Source: Yuukianura sp. NJ FZ-2021 (taxonomy: Eukaryota). Taken from it: a stretch of DNA of 64,000 bases. The stretch is taken from positions 9,610,001 through 9,674,000 of the forward strand of contig CM102290.1 in the NCBI GenBank assembly GCA_046563655.1, read 5' to 3'. Shown one piece after another: positions 1 to 12,887 of this stretch; the stretch's first letter is position 1, and every line of letters starts with the position of its first letter. Position numbers and translations under genes: made by a program. Under the pieces are notes generated by a model. That model was not told the origin of the DNA. It ran no database searches and was given only the letters and a program-made list of their open reading frames with translations.

Positions 1-477
1 TCGAACAACCAAATAACGAACTCTAAATTATAACGTTAGCTCTTCTACTACGTAACAACTTCCTGTATCCCTGTGGAACACTGACACGACAGAATAAACT
101 TCCTTTATCCAACACCCACTTAGCGGTCAGAGGTTATATTTTCTTAACAGTTTTATTAGTGTTGTAAACATATAATAAGAATATCTAAATATCTAACCAT
201 ACTAATTTGTACATCATTCAACTTGTTTCAATGAACAGTTACACAAAGCCACTCACACATAAAACTACTTACAACGGAAAACATTATTAGAATTTGATTC
301 GTTTTAACTAAGAATTTTTTTTTACACTTGCTAGAAGTATTTTTAAATCCTTCAGATAACTAGTAGTAGTGAGACTACTAGTTTTACAAGGATTTCCGAG
401 TTACAGTTACGTAATGGTAATTAAAATTTATACTAATGCTGAGACATAAACTTTACGAACAGTTAGATTGGAATTAC

Positions 478-1928
478 TCACTTCCAAGTACTTCTGGGAG
501 CTAATCCAGCAGCAGACCCAAATCCAAGTCCAACTCCCCTTTGGGTGTGAGTAATCGTTCTGGCGACTTCGTACTCTTTTTCCAATTTGTTGAAGTACTC
601 TTTCGACTGCGTCGCTGGAACTGGCACATCCTTCTTGTCAGAAGTACTTGTGCTGCTACTGTCTGCTACGAAGAGAAAGGGAAAAAAGTTTAGCAAAAGT
701 ATTTGCTCAGAATGTTCGTTGTTCATATTCGGAGTTTTTTTTTCTATACGTACCACCATCTTTCATTCCCATGAGACGCTTGAACTTGGCAGAAACTTTT
801 CCGTCTGAATCATCAGAAAATGTTGTCTTCTGCCAAACCGAGGAACTTGATGATGCTGTGCTAACAGGAGTTTCCTGCAAAAATGTTGCTTTTAGTCATA
901 TCCTTATTGATACAACGCTCATTCGAACAGTGGAGCTTGGATGGTCCACGAAAACCAACGTGCATACCTTTTTGCTAAAGAGGAGCTTCCTCTTTTCAAT
1001 TTGCTGGACGAGGTTCGTAGCTGCTGGGCAACTGATATTCAGTGAAATTGGGCGCAGGTCATCGTCATCAATATCGTCAGTAGTATCGGGCTCGGTCTCC
1101 TTTCCTGAAAAGGTTAAAAATAGCATTACCATTAGCACAACGCAACTCCACTTCAATTAGTAATTGAGTGAGAGAATCGTAATGACAATTAGCAAAACCT
1201 TGCGGCGGAAGTTCGTTGGATGCCTTCGTATCACATCTGTTGAACGGTTTTCTAGAATCGTATTGCGAACCTTGTCGGAAATTCTGTCTATTATCTCCTC
1301 GTGGATTGGAATAATTGTACCCGTAGTTAGAACCTCTCTTCCTCTCTGGACTGTGATGATCTCCGTGGTTTGACCTGAAGGTGAATCGCAATTGCTTATG
1401 ATAAGACAATTAAATTGTTAATCAATCAACCTCAATAAACAACGAATTCGTAGAAACGTTTCTCATGATTAGTTTTGCGTAGGTTTTAGCTTACCCGCCA
1501 CCACCACCGTCCCTTCCAGTATGAGCATTTCGGTCTCGATCGGGGCTACGACTACGTTTTCTGTCGTAATTCCTTCGTTCATTTCTCCCATTGCCACCAC
1601 CGCGATTTGTGTAGTTTCGGGGAAAGAATTTTCCATCGGACGATCCACTGTGACCTTCATCACGGTAATGTCTCGCAACCTACACAAGTATGGAAAACTA
1701 CTCTAAAATGTTAATCATTTGCTCTTTAGTTCAATGTAGCAGGATGTGCTTCAATTTTAAAAATTATCCAATCCTACATTTCATTTAACTAGTGAAGTAA
1801 CTAGAATTCAATTAAGAACTCACCTGTCCATCTCCATAGTCTCTGTTATTCCGATATCCTCTTCCGCCATACCCTGGGCGACGATATTCCTGATGTTCCT
1901 TCTTGTCCCAGTCTTCTCTCCGATCCAT
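478..1928 (-). CDS. RSRC2: RSRC2-like arginine/serine-rich coiled-coil protein with C-terminal SMAP-type domain; 6 coding exons
   Basis: ATG at 1928 (MDRREDWDKK). GT-AG exons approx. 1824-1928, 1495-1679, ~1199-1374, ~969-1104, ~752-874, 478-~666. C-terminal motifs QQIEKRKLLFSKK, WQKTTFSDDSDGKVSAKFKRLMG and LEKEYEVARTITHTQRGVGLGF match the conserved RSRC2 C-terminus. Confidence 0.8.
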
Positions 1929-2100
1929 TTCCAGTTAAGTATAAATTAAGGATCAGGCAATCATAAATACAACCAACAGAATTCAATTAACTTTAAAGTT
2001 AAACTCAACAATCAACTAATTGTTCGGTAATTAAAGTTTTGCACCGAAAAGAATTAAACCGTGTGATGAAGATAATGAAGAGCAAGAGAGAACAAAAATG

Positions 2101-2635
2101 GGTTGAAGTAAACTTTGGTCCGCCGCCTGTCCCCACCCGTTCAAATTTTCGCGCTGCTTACATTGTACCCACCCATTGTCCCCACCGGGTGGATACATTT
2201 GTCCCCACCACAACCAAAAGCAGTACATCCACCTAGCGGCAATATAGTAACCTCTGAATTCAAGCTGGCAACGTTTTTTCCTTTTTGATTTGGTAAATCC
2301 TGTTATATTTTCCCGCGCCGAAGGCGCGGCGTTAGGTTTGGTAAAGCACGCAATACTGATTACGTCAGTAGGTTTGATTTATTGAATTTCGCTATGTTGA
2401 TTACATCTGCCCTGAGTGGGTACAATGGAGCAATGCTACAACGTTGCCAGCTCGAATTCGCTAGTTCCACTTCTGCCGCTAGAGGGACTCGGTGTACGGC
2501 TGGTGGGTACAGATTTGTCCCCACCAAGTGGGGACATTTGTCTCCACCCGGTGGGTACAATGGGTGGGTACAATGGCAGCAGCGCGAAAATTTGAACGGG
2601 TGGGGACAGGCGGCGGACCAAAGTTTACTTCGACC
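2101..2635. mobile_element. Non-autonomous DNA transposon (MITE) with long TIRs, GG..CC termini and 8-bp TSD; Merlin-like
   Basis: 2101-~2275 (ggttgaagtaaactttggtccgccgcctgtccccacccgttcaaattttcgcgc...) is the reverse complement of ~2440-2635. The flanks carry an exact direct repeat, caaaaatg, at 2093-2100 and 2636-2643. Confidence 0.85.
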
Positions 2636-3303
2636 CAAAAATGAAAATGGCAAATTTATAGACAAATCGAACGAATAAAATTTAAAAAAAAAAATTAAAC
2701 GAAGACCAAACTTCCCGCATAAACATTGCTTTTCTAAACATTTTCATTTTTCAAATTCAAAAGAAGTTGGATGTTTAAAACAATAACAAATTCTTTGAAC
2801 AGTAGGCAAGTTTGACGAAGTTAAGAAATACAATTTTCATTTAAAATTTTTGTAGTTAAAACGCTTTAAAATAAAATGAACATGATCAAGCACACTTCAA
2901 AGAACAAAATTTTATTGTACTTAAATTAATTGTGGTTCAACTTCAAGCTTATTATGAAGATAAACAGTTCATGTTCAACACATAAGTGCGTAAAAACGTA
3001 AGCTAAACGTCTACTAAAGTCTATTGCCTTCCTGTAAACACTGACAAGTATCCCCTATATCTGACGCCTACAAATTAATTGTTCGGATGACTCTACTTCC
3101 GTTATTCGTGAGCTTAACAAGGAACATATTCACGGTATTTAGTAAACAGCCTAATTTAATTACAATTTATCCGCAATTAGCGAGTCATAGGAGGCAATAA
3201 TCATATCATCAACACAAAAGAAGTATATACTAACACTGGAGCTGTCATGGGTTTTTGTATGGTAAGGTAAATAAAATCAGAATCAGATCTTGTACGATTT
3301 TGA

Positions 3304-6300
3304 TTACTTCTTGGATTGGCCTCGCTTCTTCTTCGATTTAACTTCCGCCATGCTGCGAGTCTGACGTTGCCCTGGAGTTTTACGTTGACCCACAATTCGT
3401 GTTGCAGTGGGTAGAGCGTTGTCCCCCTTTGCATCGTTAGAAGCCTCAGACACATTCTACAAAAAAAAACGTAAGATGACATATTAAAATGTTCAACAAA
3501 TTATGGAAGTTGCAACTTATTTGCAATTACCCTAACATGACGTACAATGTGATTAATCGATTAATAATATATTGATTATAGTACAATGCCAACAATTTAA
3601 TGTTTTACTGAACTTACAGACTTTGGAGTCGCTTTTGCTCGCCCCCAACCTCGGTCCTTCACAGCTTTCATTGACTTTGTATTGCCAACAGCTCCTTCTT
3701 TCTGCGACTTTGGACTTTCAATGACTTGCGCAGCGAACCTTCGTCGCAGTTCTCGTTTGACAATTGGTCCTTGATAGTCAGTTCCATTTACAGCAGCATC
3801 AGCTTCAATTTGTTTCCCAGCGCTACGTCGAGTAACTCTGCCTTCAGGCTTTTTCAAAATTTTGACAGCAGCAACCTTTTCCTTCAAAGTTTTGAGTACA
3901 GCAGCCTTCTTCTCCTTTGAAGTTTTCACTACGGCCAGTTTCTCCTTGGAAATCTTGAGCAGAGCGGCTTTCTCCTTCGAAATTTTTAGTCCTGCCACTT
4001 TTTCTTTCGAAGTCTTGACTACTGCCGCCTTTTCCTTATTCTTCTGCTGCTTGGGTTGGCTGTTTGTTGCAACAGCTACAGCGACTGGCTTCCCACCTTT
4101 ACTATTCTTCAAACGTGATTGAGTTGCCGACCGAGTGACCTTGAGTGGTTTCTTGACTTCACCATTCTTCGCCAATCGCTTCTTCTCCTTTGGCTTTGTA
4201 TCTTTGTCTTTAGGCTTTGAATTTAGAAGTAGCGGAAGCGCAAGAAGCTTATGTCCAGCGAATACCAATTGGCTCAGCACGCGCTGCCCTTCAATTACTT
4301 TCTTATTGGCTTCAATCAACTTCTTTGTGTCCTCATCAAAGTTTGCGATTCCAATTGCCTGCCGTGCAGGAGCCTTTGGAACTGGCGTATTTGAAGGAGC
4401 CCAGCCTCGATATCGCGTAGTTCTGCCAGTAGCAGTGTTGCCTGTAGCTGAAGCAGCCGGCAGTTGCTGAGCATTTGCTGATCCAGTCTTTTGTACTTCA
4501 ATGGGTTTGTCTTCCGTGCTCAAAGCCATTTTACTTGTTCCTTGGATAGCAGTTGCCTGAGATTGGCCAGTTGAAGGCTCTTGTGAAGGCACTTGACTTT
4601 GACTTTGACTTAGAACTGACTGGCGTGTCACTCGTCGGCTGCTGTCTTCAGACGCAGTCTTAGGTTTCCCTTTCTGAACATTTGCAATAGCGTTGTACAA
4701 AATACTTCCAGTAGGTGCTTGGGTAATATTTTTAGCATGGGAGGAAGTAATTTCATTCAGTTGAAGTGCTGTACCAACCCCGTCGACAACATCTCCAATG
4801 TCCCCTGCTACTGCTGATTCTGGTCTCTCTTCCCCTTCACTGTACGAATCTGCTGCTTCCACAACTGGCTGTGGTGGAAGCTCTTCTTGAGCCTGATACT
4901 CTTGATCATCCGCCTGTTTACGACGCTTCGCTACATTTCCAAGGCTTTGTGCCGTCGGATCAGACATCGCTGCGACGCGACGCTTCGGTCGATCAGTTCC
5001 AGCTGCTGCTGGTGCAATTGATTGCTCGGACTTGTCTTCACCTGAAGGTCCTTCGGATTGGCCTTCTTGTTCAGCCTTTGATTCCTCTTCTTTTCCAGCT
5101 TGACTACTAGCACCTTGTGGTGGATCATCAGTCTTGGAGGAAGTGTCGTCTATCTGGCGACGCTTGATGACAACAGCTCGAGTTGTAGTTGCTCGAACAC
5201 TAACAGTAGAGACAATTCGTGGGCCAATAGGCATCGTACCTCCAGGATGTGGACTCACGAAAGTTGACGAAGAACGTGCAATTCGAATTACCTGGCGATG
5301 AGTTTTGCCAGTAGTCGATGGTGGCATGAGGTCTGAGATCGCGTCGATCTTGGGTAAGACATCTGAGATTGGTTCCAATACTACCTTGCGCACAGCATTA
5401 GTAGTACCTGCCTGAGCTGAGTCTTGTTCAGAATCAACTGATTCGTTCCCATCAGTTTTTGCGGAAGCAGAAGCAGCGTGAGATGGACCAGCTTCAATTG
5501 CAACCTCGTCGTCCATTTCCATATAGAAATCGTACTCTCCCTCAGATGGGCTCGTGGACACGGACATCGGGATATTATAGTGAGCTGAACCCGCCCGCCA
5601 ACCAGCAACATCTTTGTAACGAGTCCGGTAAGTCTAGCAAAAAAAAAAAATCTTTCAGAAAAATTGTTCAAAAGGTGTGAAAAGTTGAAATTTTGTTGAA
5701 ATATTTACATTGGGTTGTGTTTTCGGAGGACCCGGAGGATCAATAACAACAGTAATCACTGACGTGTTGTCGGCTCGAAGGCTATGATGAGCCCAACGAT
5801 CCAGTGCTCTATCCACAAGGCGTTTGGACGGATTGATCCAATTCTTGACGTGAGTTGAAGCCGTTTCGGGTGGGCTGGCCAGGAGTTGTCTCTCGTTGCT
5901 TCTCTCTGCAAAGTAGACAGTATTCACAGCCTCTTGTGGGTTGAGCATGTTCCATAAACCATCACTTCCGAAAATGAGGCACCGAAAGCTGCTGATATCA
6001 ATATTCACGACGCAAACATCGGGCACGGGCGAGACCACGAACTCATTTGAGTCTGCGTTGTAACTCCAGAAATCACCTGATCACATAGAAAGAAAATGAG
6101 TTTATCGGTTGAAAATAAGCAAGTCAAGCAGTACCTATGTGTGAGTTGCATTATTGTTGTATTATTGCATCTAAACTTAAGTTAAGTTATAAAAAAAATG
6201 TAAAAAATGTGATTTACCGAGAGAACGCGCTACAGCCAGAAACGGAATTGCTTCCATTGGAGTTGAGCGCCGCACGGGTCCTTGATGCCCAACACGTGGG

Positions 6301-7349
6301 CGATTCCACACAACTCGAGGAACTCCAGACTTCCGTGCTACTTTACCACCGGATCTACAAGATTATTGTTTATGATATTATATGTTATTGAAAATTGTGA
6401 CGATAATTTAAACACCAATTAATCAATTAATAACCAAGCATACGTAGACATTAACGGAATGCCGGTAAGGTTAAAAAAACATACAAACTACAAACGGACA
6501 GGAATGGCTGAAAGGATAGGCAACGTATTTAACAGTAAATAAAAAATAAATAGAAAACTACTGAATAGCGAAGCGAAGGCAGTTGAAGGAAGTTATTAGC
6601 GTATACTATACTATTTAACATTAATTTGACAAACTTACTCTGTAATCCGAGCGAGCTCAGTTGCACTCTCAGGCTTATGTTCAGTAGTAAGAGACTTGGC
6701 CCGCCAATATCCGCTATCGGGATCTTGATATCCCAGGATAAGGCCAGAATCACCTACGTGTCCAATGAAAAGTTTACTACGGCGAACAAAAGCCATAGTC
6801 GCAGTTGTGCCAGAGGTTGATGGCATCCCCGATAGAGTCTTTGGCCATTCATCTATAAGACAGAAAAATTGAATTAAATACTCATTTCATAACATGAACA
6901 TAGTGATACATTTCTTACTTAATTCCTTCATCATTGCATGATGTGTAGCCAAGAAACCGTCATGTATTGCCTTGAGCACACAGTCATCGTCGTCGTCCCA
7001 AAAGTGCTTCTGACGTACGATATTATCCATTAGATGTTGCTTGGTATACACAGCTGCTTCTTTGCCGCCATGTCCATCTAAAACGGATACATCATATCGA
7101 AATGTGTTTGTTTATCTCAAAGATTAACATTTTTTAATGAAACTAAGCCGAAATAGTTAGGAGCTTACCGAAAATTCCGAAGTATGCATACAGCAGATCC
7201 TTGTCATTCGATGTAGGCTGATACGCTACGCACAACATGTCCTCCATGTACCTTCTTCCTCCTTGACTGGAATGAGCAGTAACCCGAAGGTTCACTCCAA
7301 TAGTTGTTTCTGGTGTGGCCAGTACCTCTACTGGTGATGGTTCGGCCAT
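3304..7349 (-). CDS. PPM1D: Protein phosphatase 2C, PPM1D/Wip1 (Drosophila Pp2C1-like), with long low-complexity basic C-terminal extension
   Basis: PP2C motifs across exons: [68 protein letters not shown]. Large exon ~3618-5635; probable last exon 3304-3457 ending ...KKKRGQSKK*. Confidence 0.92.
3855..4037 (-). repeat. In-frame 30-bp (10-aa) tandem repeat, 6 copies, KEK[AVL]AxxKxS
   Basis: Translation [61 protein letters not shown]. Confidence 0.85.
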
Positions 7350-8777
7350 GTCTCCTTTCCGTCGATACCTTTAAGTAGCGTGGTGTGGTATGCAAACCAG
7401 CCTTGTCCTTGTGTACTGGACAGTACCACTATTCGATGAACTTCAAATCAGGACTCCCGTCTCTGTTCCACACTGAAACATAAACGAGTCATGAGACCAT
7501 ACTTGAAATCAATTACTAATCAATTTGATTGCTTAAATTGTTATGTTATGTTGACTATGATGGTCCAGTTCCCATGTACCAACTTGCTTATACTATCATA
7601 GCAAGCATGAGTCTACCACAAAAATTGTTTTAGCACAACACCCGTCCAGTTTAACATTATGACAGCCTTACCCTTTCAGCGATTGAAGTATTCTAAACAA
7701 TGACAACGATTAATGTTAGTCGAAACAAAAAGAATTGATTATTAATTGAAAAGAGTCACGGATCAAATGTCCCTTCCTGTCTTAGCTGCATCTGAGTCTA
7801 TTTTTCCATCGTTCCCTCCTAGATAACACTGCTGTCTTTCCAACCGCACCTATGCAAATTTATACTGGGAATTCCCCGCCCTCAATGCATACCTTTGTAA
7901 TCAGAGTTCCGCTTACAAAATAGAATGCGAAAGACATTGACATTGGAGATGATTCACACAAGGTAACCTAAAAGGCTTTCAACTTCTAACTCAAATTAAT
8001 TAATTTAACTTGCTATCTACTAAATAATTAGTCAAGTCAAATAATTTTTTTCACACAATATAATTTAAAAATACAAGTTAACAAAGCAAAGCACAAATAC
8101 GCATCTCATTTCATAAGATTCGCAGAAAGGTAAACCATTTTCAATTTTTAACTGAACATAATTTTTAACTTTGATTACTAATTTAATCTTGCTGCATACT
8201 ATAAGTAATCAAGCTAAATTACGTTTAACTATTATTTAACTAACTTAACATCGTATTTAACAGTACATTTTTACTGCGAATTTCACTGCATTTTGTGTGG
8301 CTGCGGCTCGGTAATCTCCGCTCACAAATGTGCAAAAAAAGAGCAAAAATTCTGGCCGTTTACGTTCTTGGTTTCTAAAGCAAAGCGCAGCCAATGGAAA
8401 AATGCAATGGTGATGGGAAGAAAAAAAATCTAAAACCAAAGCAATACGAATCTGGAATTTTGATTTTCGATCGAAAAAAAAATGATTTAAAAATAACCGG
8501 TTGCGGGAAAGTTAAACCCTAGAATCCCCGAAAGATGGCACTTATATCGTAAACCATCGATTTAGAAAACAAGAGTGAGGCCTTTTTGGCCTCTTTAAAA
8601 ACGTTTTTCTATAATATTCTGATCTAAATTTTCAACATTTTTTCAAACATAAAAAGAATCAACCATAATTTCTTTCCAAAAACTTATAATTTATTCCCTA
8701 ATAAGTTATACATTTACAATTAAACAACGTTAATGAAATTGTAACTAAGTAAAACGTCAATTAATTAGATAAACTTT

Positions 8778-11436
8778 TCAGTTAAAGTTGAAGGAATGAT
8801 TAATCAAAGGGTAGTCCTCTTTCCTTGATTTTTTGCAGCGACAAAGAGCGCATGATTCTTGTTCCCCAAGAAGCTCTTGTTCCCTTCAGTGAAATACCTT
8901 GAAAACAAAACCCCAAAATAAAAATAAGTTAAAAAACTAACTGTCTCACATTAATTTGTTGATTAAGTTGAGTCAAATTATGTCGAATGTTGTCTCACCT
9001 ACTACGACAAGCTCGGACGGGACGTCCAGAACTGAATTCCAGTTTTGACATAACGACTACTGCATCTGGCATGGAGTTGATAACAGGAGGAGGAGGAACA
9101 ACATTTTCTGGAACAATTCCTAAATTGGCCATTGGTGCTTTCCTAAACTTGGACAGCATCGAAGGCAAGATACGTCCGTTCCGGCTAAAACAAAACAGAA
9201 CTCGTTTCAGTACAGGTCAAAAGGTCGATTAATTAGTGGCACGGTCGTTAAACCAATCCAAACAATACCGGCTATAAATGTGTTGAACTGGACGAAGCAT
9301 GGAGCTGTCCTCATCATCGCTATTCTTCGGGGACGACGAAGCCTCTTCTTCTATTTCTTCTGGAATGGAACTTTCCTCTTTTTCTTCCTGCTCGTCGCTG
9401 TTCTTTTGTTCAGGTCCATTACTGTCACTTCCAGTACTTGTGCTGCTGCTGCCCTTCCCAACTGCATAGAAGTTCCGGACGCATTGCCGTTTGGACTTCG
9501 GCGACTGACAGAATGAGTTCAACAACAACTTGGAGTAGCTGTCATCATCTTCTTCTTCTCCAGGAGTATTCTGAATCTCACCTGAGTTCAAAAGAATTAC
9601 TTAAATACTAATCAAATAATCAAAACCAACATTAATAGCAGTGTTGTTAATTAAACTATTAATAGCTCGTAATTATTCATAGACAGTGTGCAACATAGTG
9701 GTTGAGACTCACTGGCCCTGGTAGAACGCCGTTTGAAAATGGACGAACTGGGAATCACAATCTTGTTGGGAATTGCTCCGCTTCCATTCTTTTGCGGAGA
9801 AGTAAAGAAAGAAGTTCCAATGAGCGATGGACCAACATTTCTATAGCTCTTTGACCAAATGCTTCTGGCAGTGTAATATCCCTTCAAAAAATCATCACTT
9901 TTGTCAAAATCTCAAATCTAACACCAAAGCTCTTCAGTCCGAAATCTAGCATGAAAGCTGGAATTGGCTGATTTGATCTGCTCACCCATTTTGGATCGTC
10001 GATGTTGAAGTTGTCAACTTTCTGCATGGTATGAGTACAGACGTTACCCAAAGCCATGTCCAATGAAAGCTGAAACAAAATTAAAATTGTAAATAGAAAA
10101 CGTATTTTGATTAGGATCATTGGTGGTTCATTGATTTGATTGATTATGCTTTTTATAACATAACTTCTAACTAACCTGTGGGGATTCGTAGTTTCCACAG
10201 TATGGAAGTTGTTCCTTGTCGATACTTGCAGGATATGGGGTCAAAGGACGCAACTCACGTTTCATCGGGTCAAAAACTAATTGAAACAGAAACGTATTTT
10301 CGGCTCTTTGGAATTCAGAAATGTATTCATCAGTCACTTCCAAGTCGATTTTGACAATATGTTGAGCATCTTTCAAAATCTGTAATAAAAAAAAACTGTT
10401 TTCGTATTTCGAAATTCTGCACTTTTTACAATCACAAATTAAGAAACTCATGACTTACCAGTGCAATATCATCGCGAGTTGTCAATGTAAAAACTTTCTT
10501 GGCTCGTCCAAGTCCAATTCCAGCGATTGACTCTAAGTAATCACATCCCGAAAAAATACACATTTGACGAAATCGAGTAAATTCAAACTTGGACTCCGGT
10601 TGACCCATACAGAGGGAGAGTCGTGATTTGTCATACAGGACCCCATCTCCGTCCACATTCATTTTGAAGAATATCTAGAACGTAACAAACTGAGTTATAA
10701 AGCTCCAAGTTCAACCTTAAAGCCAGAAGATTAATTAATCATGTTATCAAGTTAATTCACCTTTGGACATCCGAAAAGAACGAGATCTGAATCTTCTGTA
10801 ATAACCATGTCAACCACTCCAGCATTTGCGAGGAATGCCATCTGAGCATCTGCTTCGTATGGAGCAATAATATAATCCAGTTTTTGAAGACGAAGTTCCT
10901 GTTAATAAAGATCCAGTCTTAAGTGATTAATTGTGAACTAACAATTCATCTGAATCATAAGTATCTTACCCTAATCACGTCACGGACCATTGCAGGAGTA
11001 ATTTCAACAGCTTTTTGAAAACACTCCCACGCTTCTCGTTTGTCACCACGACGAAGGGCTTCCTTGGCCTTGACACGGTTCTCTTCCCGTTTTCTAACAC
11101 CAGCAAAATGAGTAATTAACTTATGGATTATTATTTATACCCGATGTCTACTTACTCTCGCCTCTTTCTGTTCGTTTCTTCCTTGGATGGAAGGCTCCTA
11201 CCATCGAAGACGAGTACTGGACGGATTCCGTTGGTAATAAGAATGTTGACATACTTCATAAAGTAAGTGACATAAGCAGTTGTCGCTTCACCAGTACCCA
11301 GTTTCTGAGCACATCCGTAAGATCCTTTGTGCAACCAACAAAAACCGTCGACAGCAGCTACAGTACCAGAGAAATTACGAATGTTCGTCTTCCGTTGTGC
11401 TTTCTTCACGAACGGTAAAAGTCCTGTTATTCCCAT
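8778..11436 (-). CDS. EXO1: Exonuclease 1 (XPG/Rad2 family; Drosophila tosca)
   Basis: N-terminus [37 protein letters not shown]-domain [22 protein letters not shown]3[25 protein letters not shown]. Acidic tail; last exon 8778-8897. Confidence 0.95.
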
Positions 11437-12887
11437 GATCGATTAAACGTCCAGTGATGTCCAGTGATTATCCAGCTCCTGTCCGCCCGCATCCGCTTCT
11501 CAAAAATCACTGTCAACAGCACCCCTATTAAGTTTTGTGAAAAAATGAAAAGCGGTCCATAAGCTACATAGCTACCAAAACAAGCCACCGTTTGCAAATG
11601 AACACCGATTGATTAAGTTGTTAAAACAATTACCAATTTGTAGCTAGCAACGTGATCCGTCCAGGTCAAAACTCAGGAAAGAGGAACCAATACTATAGTA
11701 CTAACCTAGAAAGTACGGAACAGCACTAATGAATATTAGAGAAAGAAAGAAGAAAAAGGCGGCAGAGAGGCTGAATTACCGCCAGCTGATATGAGTTTCG
11801 CGCTCTCCATCTCCCATAAGCTAAACAAAAATTTCAGACAATAAGCAACCACTTTGCACACTTAAAACAATAACTTGAAAAGTGAAAAAAACTAAATTTT
11901 AATTAATTACTTAGTAATTGATTAACTTTCAATAAATTTCTCCTAATTAGAATTTTTATACATAAGTTGTAGGACGTTGACTTTAAAAACACATTACATC
12001 CGACAAGGGGTAATTCTTAGTTTTTGGAGGATGGCGTGTCTTTCTTCACAATTTTCTTTAGAATTCCAAATTTTTTAGAATCAGGTTTTCATTTTGTTAT
12101 TGCCTAAAATACGTCATATATTTTTTGCAAAAAAAAAACAAAGACAAAAACCAAATCAAATAAAAAAATTAGTTAATTTTAGGCTAGTGATTTCATCATA
12201 CTGTTTGATGAGGTGATTGCACTTGCAACTTTTTTTATAAATTGGGTGATCCATAAAAGTTCAGTCACCTAACCTAATCACCACAAAAATAAACCGTTAA
12301 GTAAATCCGGTTGAAGCCAGTTTCATATTTAGAACAAATCGATTTTAGTTTGAAATTGCAAAAATAATTAGCATTAGCTAATTAGCATAGTCAAATTAAC
12401 TTAATAAAACATTTTCACCAATCCCATGAATTTTCTTTAACAAATCAACATTGGAAACAAAAAGAGTCGATGATGACCTTTCGTACAGCTGAAGTGATTT
12501 ATTTCTTCCAGTTTCGAAAATTCCTGATTTCGAAATTGTTGTTTCTGTTTGTTGTTGAAATTTGTTGAAACAAACAATTTTTATCAAAATGCTAAACAAT
12601 GTCTACACTACTGCTCATTTGCAGTCGGGAAAAGTCATTCCAGTTTGTTTGATAAAAATTTACAAATCAGCGTCGAGGTAATTAACCTACTCTGAACTTT
12701 CTGTCTTCTAGAATAAACAATTAACGAATTTTGCTATAAAACTGGAAACAAGGTACCAAAAGTTTAACTTTCTGCACAGCATTTCTGAATATAACTATTC
12801 CGTACTCTGATTTCTGAACAGTATATTTATTAAAAATCTTAATTAAAAAAAGTTTCACAAGAGTTTTTGAAAAAGAGTTTTTGAAAA

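Noticed and set aside
61..380. Short matches (tcctgtatcc; gtagtgagactac) to the 5' region of the Tx1-like element at 55541-55647
   Set aside because: Only 10-13 bp, in the opposite order and spacing; may be chance.
587..5680. Plus-strand ORFs overlapping RSRC2 and PPM1D (and similar antisense ORFs elsewhere)
   Set aside because: Shadow frames of real genes or of the palindromic MITE, with no recognisable motifs.
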